DNA from: Pseudomonadales bacterium
GTDB lineage: Bacteria; Pseudomonadota; Gammaproteobacteria; Pseudomonadales; Azotimanducaceae
DNA: 32,000 nt
Reading direction: 5' to 3'
NCBI GenBank assembly: GCA_041752315.1
Contig: JBGSHJ010000015.1
Location: 1 to 32,000 of the forward strand
How positions within the stretch are numbered: position 1 is the first letter of the stretch; each line of letters starts with the position of its first letter. The translations under genes and the position numbers were made by a program. The notes beneath the pieces are model-generated. The model had not been told where the DNA came from, did no database searches, and worked only from the letters and a program-made list of their open reading frames with translations. Positions 9,931 to 16,279 of this stretch are shown piece by piece.

Positions 9931-10895
9931 CGACCAACACTCTCCGCTACCGATTTTAGCGTGTCGATCATGAAATCGAGTGACTCGTTGCGTGTGAGGC
10001 TTTCGATACAGGCTTGCCGAAATTCCTGCTCCTCCAGACCTCGCACCGCAGCGATAAATGCCTGCGGCAGAATCGTGGCATCTTTAACAAGATCGGCAAC
10101 GTCAAACACCAGTCCACCGCGACGAGTTTTTCCGTGCAGAACAGCGAGGCCATGCGGAATTCCAAGCACCCAAGTCGCACACGCGCCTAAGCCATATGCC
10201 AGGTAATTACCGTGATCAAGAAAACGATTCGCAGGATCCGTTCCTGAACCGTCCTTAGCCCTAACAAAATCCCCATAACCGGTTGCTCGCACTGCCAAGG
10301 CAAACAACTTCTTGCTCAGGCGGGCTTCCTCAGTCAGCAAGCTGGCGGTATCCGGGACGTGCTGAATCCGTTCCAGTGAGCTGGCCAACGCTCGTTCCAA
10401 TTCGCCGGGGTCCGGCTCGAAGCCCTCGTCACGGAGTTGCCGGGAACCTAGCCAAGCTTCGCCTATCCGTTGTAGACGTGCCTTCTGGAATCGTTTCGCG
10501 GCGTCCAGACGAAGAGTGTCATCGAACCAGAAACGTACCCAGGATTGCAGATATTCGGTCGGGCGATATTCGCTTTGCGGAGAAAACCAAGAAGCAGCTA
10601 CTTCCACCTCGTTGGCGCTGAACAGTGGTGTTCCGCCACCACCACAAAAACCTACTAGAACCCCAGCTTTCGCCAACTCTCGCATCGCTGCCTGGGTCAC
10701 CGAAGTACCGGTGCCAAGTAGCACGGAGGTCGTATTAGCAATCGGAATGTTCCAGTACAAGGAACGTTTCCCTTCGTCCGTGACGTATTCAACACGACCG
10801 CCGTTGACGAGTACACGGCAGTGCTCAAGATAGTAAATATGGGCACGTTTGGAGTGCAGAATCGTTTTGAGATCGGACGGAGAGAAGTCTTCCAT
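9927..10895 (-). CDS. cas1: Cas1 integrase, type I-F
   Basis: The 322-aa ORF contains SPSDLKTILHSKRAHIYYLEHCRVLVNGGRVEYVTDEG...NIPIANTTSVLLGTGTSVTQAAMRELAKAGVLVGFCGGGGTPLF, nearly co-linear with P. aeruginosa Cas1 as I recall it. A GGAAGG Shine-Dalgarno (SD, ribosome-binding) sequence lies about 12 nt upstream. Confidence 0.97.
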   Translation of the reverse strand: MEDFSPSDLKTILHSKRAHIYYLEHCRVLVNGGRVEYVTDEGKRSLYWNIPIANTTSVLLGTGTSVTQAAMRELAKAGVLVGFCGGGGTPLFSANEVEVAASWFSPQSEYRPTEYLQSWVRFWFDDTLRLDAAKRFQKARLQRIGEAWLGSRQLRDEGFEPDPGELERALASSLERIQHVPDTASLLTEEARLSKKLFALAVRATGYGDFVRAKDGSGTDPANRFLDHGNYLAYGLGACATWVLGIPHGLAVLHGKTRRGGLVFDVADLVKDATILPQAFIAAVRGLEEQEFRQACIESLTRNESLDFMIDTLKSVAESVGR

Positions 10896-11194
10896 GTCAG
10901 AGTCAACCCTTCCTGAACATCATCATGCATAGAAGATTCTGACTCGGGCGGGTGCGGAGGTGCAACTCGGAAGTGGTCCGGGTGACTGTTGTACTTCCGG
11001 CTTTATTTTCAACAGAACACTTGTGTGCCAGCATCTGGTGCAGGGCTGTCTACCCGGCTGGTAGAGGGGGGTCAAGAACCCGCAAGTGTCCAGGTGAGAG
11101 TACGATTTGAGGAGCTCAATGGGATTGAGATCTTCAAATCCATCCACGAGTACGCATTCGATGGTTTGGGCGACGCGCTCAGCGCAGTGGGCTG

Positions 11195-11431
11195 CTAACT
11201 TCTCTTGACCAAGTCCGTCAAGGGCGTTTTTGACAAACCGGGTGGCAGAGGCCGACAGGCGTGTGCTTCCTTCAACTGTTCCAGATCGACCGGCTCCCCC
11301 GCGAACGCCATGCTCTGCGCCACATTCTCAGGGATCTGATTCCACTCGCGACGGAGTCGCTCCTCTGGAGACAGAGCTCGCCAGTGTCGAATCGTTTCTT
11401 TCCAATCCATGGTGGCAAGTATTGACCTCAC
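11195..11431 (-). CDS. Hypothetical small protein (78 aa from GTG, or 71 aa from ATG at 11410) with a weak VbhA/YhfG-like antitoxin motif
   Basis: This is an open frame with a plausible helical sequence (DWKETIRHWRALSPEERLRREWNQIPENVAQSMAFAGEPVDLEQLKE). No strong SD sequence is present. The function is not recognised. Confidence 0.35.
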   Translation of the reverse strand: MRSILATMDWKETIRHWRALSPEERLRREWNQIPENVAQSMAFAGEPVDLEQLKEAHACRPLPPGLSKTPLTDLVKRS

Positions 11432-11466
11432 GCATCAGGTCTGCAACGGAAGCGTTCGTTGTTCGA

Positions 11467-11697
11467 TCAGTTAGCGCGCTCGGCAGTAATTTCAGGTAGC
11501 CAAGCTGAAAAGTTCAATGCCTGCAAGCAAGTATCCAGTACCCGATCGTTCAAGGATCGATCATTCCCCGCGTTCAATCGAACGACTACAGGAAACCGGA
11601 GGAGCACACTCTCAGACAGGTCGCTATACTCAACTTTCGCCAAGGTCCGTACGATATGTGTCGAACGATCAACTGCACGCACACTGCGCATCTTCAT
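11467..11697 (-). CDS. Hypothetical small protein (76 aa)
   Basis: This open frame lies 35 nt upstream of the 78-aa ORF on the same strand. An AGGA sits 5 nt before the second ATG (M3). I recognise no family. Confidence 0.3.
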   Translation of the reverse strand: MKMRSVRAVDRSTHIVRTLAKVEYSDLSESVLLRFPVVVRLNAGNDRSLNDRVLDTCLQALNFSAWLPEITAERAN

Positions 11698-11809
11698 CCT
11701 GATCGTAGCGGCTTAATCCCGCAGGAGCGACGCCCTGCCGAATAATCCCGACAGACAATCCTGTACTCGCAACCCGGCGCATCAATCAGTTCGTCTGTTA
11801 CTGCGACTG

Positions 11810-12574
11810 TTGGGCCTTCTCGGATTGATCGGTAGTGCCCTCTCGCAAGTCTGGGCGGAAGACGCGGACCTTGCGGAGCTGTTTTCCAGCGCGGGAGTCG
11901 CCGGGACCATCGTGATTTCTCCTGTCGACAAGGGAGAAATGTTTGTTCACGACAACGTACGGGCAGAACAGCGGTTTCCTGCAGCGTCCACCTTCAAGAT
12001 ACTCAACACGCTGATCTCGCTCGAAGAGAATGCCATTTCGATGCATGACACGATCAAGTGGGATGGCACTTCGAGAGCAGTCCCCGACTGGAATCGTGAC
12101 CAGACGCTGGAAAGTGCCTTCAGGACATCCTGTGTCTGGTGTTATCAGCAGTTCGCCCAAAAGGTTGGCGCTGAAAAATACCGGCACTATCTGACCATTG
12201 CCGGTTATGGACGCCTGCACGAACCGTTCAATGAAACCACGTTCTGGCTGGACGGTTCCCTGCAGGTCAGTGCCATCGAACAGGTCGAGTTTCTGAAGAG
12301 TGTCTATCGACGATCAATGCCCTTCAAGGACAGTTCCTATGAGTCGCTTCGACGGATCATGCTCGTCGAACCCGCAGTGGCGTACGCACTGCGTGCCAAG
12401 ACTGGTTGGTCAACACAGGCTGTACCGCATATTGGCTGGTATGTCGGTTACGTTGAAACACCAGGCGGAACATGGTTTTTTGCGATGAACATGGACACTC
12501 CTGATCGCGAAGCCCTGCCACTGCGTGAGAAGCTTGCCCTTGCCGCCCTGCGCGCCAAGGGAATCATTGAATGA
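11810..12574 (+). CDS. Class D (OXA-type) beta-lactamase
   Basis: The 254-aa ORF (TTG start) carries the class D motifs in order: STFK, SCV (SxV), YGR (YGN position), FWLDGSLQVS, KTGWS and GWYVGYVE. It has a short hydrophobic N-terminus ending SQVWA-ED that looks like a signal peptide. Confidence 0.9.
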   Translation: MGLLGLIGSALSQVWAEDADLAELFSSAGVAGTIVISPVDKGEMFVHDNVRAEQRFPAASTFKILNTLISLEENAISMHDTIKWDGTSRAVPDWNRDQTLESAFRTSCVWCYQQFAQKVGAEKYRHYLTIAGYGRLHEPFNETTFWLDGSLQVSAIEQVEFLKSVYRRSMPFKDSSYESLRRIMLVEPAVAYALRAKTGWSTQAVPHIGWYVGYVETPGGTWFFAMNMDTPDREALPLREKLALAALRAKGIIE

Positions 12575-12661
12575 AACGCCAACCATCCTTTCCTGCCAGA
12601 CGAGGCATCTTGTTGCCGACACACCGGTTCAACCGCAAGACCCGGTCATCGGGTTGCCAAC

Positions 12662-13087
12662 ATGGTTGACCCGGATGCAAGCGGTCTCTGGTGCGGTACC
12701 TGGATCCTGGTGCAGGAACTGTGTCTCTATGAAGAAGGCCAGCCGCCCCGCTCAGGGCTCTATCGAATCAACCGTGCGGAGCGGGAGATCGGGATATCCA
12801 TTAGTTGGGAGGCACAGGATGGCACAACACACGCGGTGGAGTTTCATGCGCCTGAAGATGGCGTCAGGCAACCAGCTGCTGGCCCGGGCGTGTCGCACTT
12901 TTCGATCACCCGGATCAGCGCATCCATCCTCGACAGCAGTGCCTACGCTGGTGAACAGGAGGTGATGTACGCTCGTCGAACCGTTTCCCACGATGGACTT
13001 CTGCTGGCAACGGTTCAGGTCGGACGTCGGCAAGACGGCACTTCCTTCCGGAACTTTCAGGTGTATCGACGGCAGGAGGGCTCATGA
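12662..13087 (+). CDS. Hypothetical protein, possibly lipocalin-like beta-barrel
   Basis: The 141-aa ORF has a GTWILVQE motif near the N-terminus, reminiscent of lipocalin-like domain proteins (GTWxLVS). Its stop overlaps the next start in an ATGA at 13084-13087. Confidence 0.5.
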   Translation: MVDPDASGLWCGTWILVQELCLYEEGQPPRSGLYRINRAEREIGISISWEAQDGTTHAVEFHAPEDGVRQPAAGPGVSHFSITRISASILDSSAYAGEQEVMYARRTVSHDGLLLATVQVGRRQDGTSFRNFQVYRRQEGS

Positions 13088-14271
13088 CCGAACGTCTGAA
13101 GCGTCAGCTGAGCTTTCTTGATGAGGTCGAAAAGCTCAAGCTGGTCTACCGCCGCAACCGAACGATTGACCGCACCCGCTTCGAAAACAGCGCCGAACAT
13201 TCATGGCACGTTGCGCTGACTGCGCTGATTCTGGCGGAACACGCCGACACTCAGCAAATGGATATGTTCAAGGTCATCAGGATGTTGCTGATTCATGACC
13301 TGGTCGAAATCTACGCCGCCGACACCTGGTTGTACGACTCGAATGGAACCCGGGACCAGGCAGCCAGGGAGCACCACAGTGCCGTCACTCTGTTTGGACA
13401 ACTTCCGGAAGAACAAGGTGAGCAGTTCCTCGCATTGTGGCGCGAATTTGAAGCGCGTAGCACACCGGAAGCTGCGTTTGCAGCGGCAATTGATGCACTG
13501 CAACCACTTTCGAATCATGTGCTTTCAGCGGACCCTGCAGAACACATTGAGTGGAAACCACCAAAGGACACCGTACTGGATCACAAACGACACATTCAGG
13601 ATGGCTCTGCGGCGCTCTGGACGGTGGCACAACAACTGATCGATCACGGCACTGAACTCGGTCTTTACCTGAGCGAGCCGATGGTTCCCGACCTTTCTCC
13701 CATCGAGTCTGCAATCGAGGACCCGGCGAAGCCTGCTGGTACAACGGATTCCCGGGAAGACGATCGTCCACCAACGATACGACCCGAAACAACCCGTGAC
13801 GAAGCAGCAATCCGGGAGCTGACATTGGTGGCATTCAAGCACATGCCCTTTTCCCAGGGCGACGAACACGAGCTTGTGGATGCCCTCCGTGCTGCTTCCA
13901 GACTGACCCTCTCGCTGGTTGCCGAAGTGGATGGCCAGGTGGTTGGTCACATCGCATTTTCGCGAGCAACGGCAGCCGACGGATCCAGCGGCTGGTTCGC
14001 CCTGGGCCCTGTCTCCGTGTCGCCGACGCTCCAGAAACAGGGCATTGGCACGGCGCTCATCGAGTCGGGCTTGAGCAGGCTGACCGCTGTGGGTGCATCG
14101 GGATGCATCCTCACCGGAAACCCGGAATACTACCGGCGATTTGGCTTCAGGCTGGCACCTGACATGGCCCCACCCGGCGAACCTGTCGAGTATTTTCAGG
14201 TCAAGCTGCTTGGCGGAACGCATCCCGGTTGTCTGGTTCACTTTGATCCGGCTTTCGGAAACCCCGGTTGA
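13084..14271 (+). CDS. Fusion protein with an N-terminal HD_3 (YfbR-like) phosphohydrolase domain and a C-terminal GNAT (YhbS-like) N-acetyltransferase
   Basis: In the 395-aa ORF, residues ~30-150 carry ENSAEHSWHVAL...LLIHDLVEIYAADT (HD motif). Residues ~197-231 form a Pro/Asp/Glu-rich linker. Residues ~232-395 carry VVGHIAFS...LGPVSVSPTLQKQGIGTALI...GNPEYYRRFGFR (GNAT acetyl-CoA motif). Confidence 0.8.
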   Translation: MTERLKRQLSFLDEVEKLKLVYRRNRTIDRTRFENSAEHSWHVALTALILAEHADTQQMDMFKVIRMLLIHDLVEIYAADTWLYDSNGTRDQAAREHHSAVTLFGQLPEEQGEQFLALWREFEARSTPEAAFAAAIDALQPLSNHVLSADPAEHIEWKPPKDTVLDHKRHIQDGSAALWTVAQQLIDHGTELGLYLSEPMVPDLSPIESAIEDPAKPAGTTDSREDDRPPTIRPETTRDEAAIRELTLVAFKHMPFSQGDEHELVDALRAASRLTLSLVAEVDGQVVGHIAFSRATAADGSSGWFALGPVSVSPTLQKQGIGTALIESGLSRLTAVGASGCILTGNPEYYRRFGFRLAPDMAPPGEPVEYFQVKLLGGTHPGCLVHFDPAFGNPG

Positions 14272-14325
14272 CAAGCACACACACAGGCCTTATCAGTAGT
14301 CCTTTCTGCAACACCGGGAGCTGAT

Positions 14326-14763
14326 GTGACGTCAGAAAAAAGCAGCAGGCCGGTTCTGTCCGAGGTTTATCCGCTGGTGTGGTCAAACGACGTTGGTGGC
14401 ATTGTCGATTGGGCGGTCAGGACGCTGGGGCTCAAGGAAACATGGCGGGCCGTTGAAGATTCCGGACTCGTTGAACACGCTGAGCTGGCCTGGCCCGGTG
14501 GACGGATATCGCTCAACATCCGTCATGACACGAACCAGGCGATGGGTCCGGCAGGGATCTCATTGCGGGTTGATGATCCGGAACAGGTGCAGGCGATCCA
14601 TACCAGAGCGATCGGTGCAGGCGCCAGGATCGTACAAGGCCCGGAGACAACCCGCGTCGCCTACAGCTTTACTGCCGTTGACCCCGAAGGAAACCAGTGG
14701 TGGGTGAACGCGGAAACAGGTTTTCTCGATCAACTCAGGCAAGGGCAGGAGCCTGCTGACTGA
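14326..14763 (+). CDS. VOC (glyoxalase/bleomycin-resistance/dioxygenase) family protein
   Basis: The 145-aa ORF has a GTG start with a GGGAG SD sequence 5 nt upstream. The sequence shows VOC-like beta-alpha-beta features (VDWAVRTLGL...VDDPEQVQAIHTRAIGAGARIVQGP...DPEGNQWWV). Confidence 0.7.
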   Translation: MTSEKSSRPVLSEVYPLVWSNDVGGIVDWAVRTLGLKETWRAVEDSGLVEHAELAWPGGRISLNIRHDTNQAMGPAGISLRVDDPEQVQAIHTRAIGAGARIVQGPETTRVAYSFTAVDPEGNQWWVNAETGFLDQLRQGQEPAD

Positions 14764-14989
14764 GTGTATTCCCTGGCCTGAAGAACGAATGACTAACATG
14801 CCTGCACACTGGAACACGTGCGCCTCGCTGATGTAGAAGCCTCGTCGATCAGACCTGCGCAGCTCATGCTGTTGACAAACGCGTGCCGCTCGTCCGCAAT
14901 CGTGCTCAGGGAGTCGGACATCGTCGCTCCTTCCCTGCCAATCCCGGGCGCACTCACCTTTGCCACTGACTGTACGGAGTTTTTTCGAA

Positions 14990-16222
14990 ATGGTTCAACC
15001 TGCAATCCTTGAACGCCAGAAGGCAATTTCGAAGACGCCCATGCTGGATCGCATTGCGGCCATGAAAGAATCACTCGCGGCGGCCGGTGACGAAGCACAA
15101 CGGCTTCGCCATCTGCCCGCCTGGGCGTCGAAGCTGATGGCGGACCAGGGCCTGTATCGGTATGCGTTGCCCATCGAACTCGGTGGCGAAAACCTTCGGG
15201 CGCGTCAGCAGATCGAGATCATCGAGGCGGTTTCCGCCATCGATGGTTCGGTGGGCTGGTGTACGCAGATCTCTTCGGAGATCAATGCTCTGGTCATCCG
15301 CCGCATGTCGAAGGTGCTGGCAGAGAAGATCTTCAACGATTGGGATGCGCTCGTCTGCTCTGGTCATGGCCCGGCAAACGGACCCAACCCCGGACGCAAG
15401 GCCAGACGCGACGGTGACGGCTGGAGACTGAACTACCAGGGTTCATTTGCCAGCGGCTGCCACAACGCCAACTGGAACTTCCTCATGGGCGCGTCGACCG
15501 TCGACGAAACCACGGGGAAACCGGCAGAAGCATCGTTCATGATTCCACGTGGCGAATTCGAGATCATCGATACGTGGGACACCGCCGGGATGCGTGGTTC
15601 CGGCAGCCATGATGTGCGTATGACAGATTGTCATGTCTCGCCAGAACATCTTCTCCCGTTCCGCTCACTGGCACCGAGTGAAACCTGGGATAACCCGACC
15701 TACCGGAACCCGACCCATGCGATCTACAACAAGGCAGCCGTTGCACTGGGCGTCTGTCGTGGTGCCCTCGACTCCTTCATCGAACTCGCCCAGGCAAAAA
15801 CACCCTGGGGCGCCGGCTCCATGCTGAAGGATCAGCCCCAGGTGCAGTACCGGATTGGTGAAGCCCAGGCAACGTTGCTGTCCGCCCGGGCATTTGTCAT
15901 GGACACCCAGGATCGGCTGGAGGCGCATCTCGGCCCGCTCCCGGCAAATGGCGGACGGCTGGCACCGGAGTGGCAGTACTTCTGGCCGGCACTGCTGGCT
16001 TGTGCCCATGCGGCGCAGTCGTGCCGAAAGGTTGTCGATGACATCAACAACACCGCAGGCACGACCGGCAGCCGAATGGACAGCCCGCTTGAACGTCAGC
16101 TGCGTGATGCACATCAGGCGGCAAACCATGCACTGATCTCGTACCGGCACTACGAAGATCTGGGCAAGACCTTCGTCGGTTACGAGCCACCCGCCGGCTA
16201 CATGGAACTGTCCAGGGCCTGA
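14990..16222 (+). CDS. Acyl-CoA dehydrogenase-fold flavoprotein (ACAD type 2 / flavin-dependent monooxygenase-like)
   Basis: The ORF track starts at a TTG at 14960. An ATG at 14990 preceded by GGAG (14976-14979) is the more likely start. The length (~410 aa) and segments such as YRYALPIELGGENL, DGSVGWC and WDTAGMRGSGSHDV are typical of the ACAD/HsaA/DszC-like family. Confidence 0.78.
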   Translation: MVQPAILERQKAISKTPMLDRIAAMKESLAAAGDEAQRLRHLPAWASKLMADQGLYRYALPIELGGENLRARQQIEIIEAVSAIDGSVGWCTQISSEINALVIRRMSKVLAEKIFNDWDALVCSGHGPANGPNPGRKARRDGDGWRLNYQGSFASGCHNANWNFLMGASTVDETTGKPAEASFMIPRGEFEIIDTWDTAGMRGSGSHDVRMTDCHVSPEHLLPFRSLAPSETWDNPTYRNPTHAIYNKAAVALGVCRGALDSFIELAQAKTPWGAGSMLKDQPQVQYRIGEAQATLLSARAFVMDTQDRLEAHLGPLPANGGRLAPEWQYFWPALLACAHAAQSCRKVVDDINNTAGTTGSRMDSPLERQLRDAHQAANHALISYRHYEDLGKTFVGYEPPAGYMELSRA

Positions 16223-16279
16223 CCGGCCCGGCAGGTCAGCCGATCTGCCAGCATTGGCAGAGGGATGTCCGATGTACGG

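Noticed and set aside
10923-11198. Overlapping 74-aa (minus, 10923-11147) and 69-aa (plus, 10989-11198) ORFs just upstream of cas1, considered as a possible extra cas-operon gene
   Set aside because: Neither has an SD sequence, and they overlap each other almost completely. The minus ORF's C-terminal half and the plus ORF's N-terminal half run through the hairpin and T-tract and look non-protein-like. My third-position GC count does not discriminate between them. I treat the region as non-coding or regulatory, though a decayed gene remnant cannot be excluded.
11176-11203. Possible degenerate CRISPR repeat upstream of cas1 (gctcagcgcagtgggctgctaacttct against GTTCACTGCCGCGTAGGCAGCTCAGAAA), which would suggest a vestigial second array as in some I-F loci
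   Set aside because: Only about 16 of 28 positions match and an indel is needed. No second copy is present at a 60-nt spacing, and the stem-forming bases are not preserved. This is compatible with chance.
12575-12661. A possible integron attC / gene-cassette boundary downstream of the OXA gene (repeated gttgcc..ac and ggttgac strings)
   Set aside because: The repeats are direct, not the imperfect inverted repeat with RYYYAAC/GTTRRRY cores expected of attC. No intI or attI is present in the window.
12571-12672. A short 33-codon ORF starting at the ATG at 12571, which overlaps the OXA stop codon
   Set aside because: It has no SD sequence, no recognisable sequence features, and a frame different from the downstream lipocalin-like gene. 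It is most likely fortuitous.
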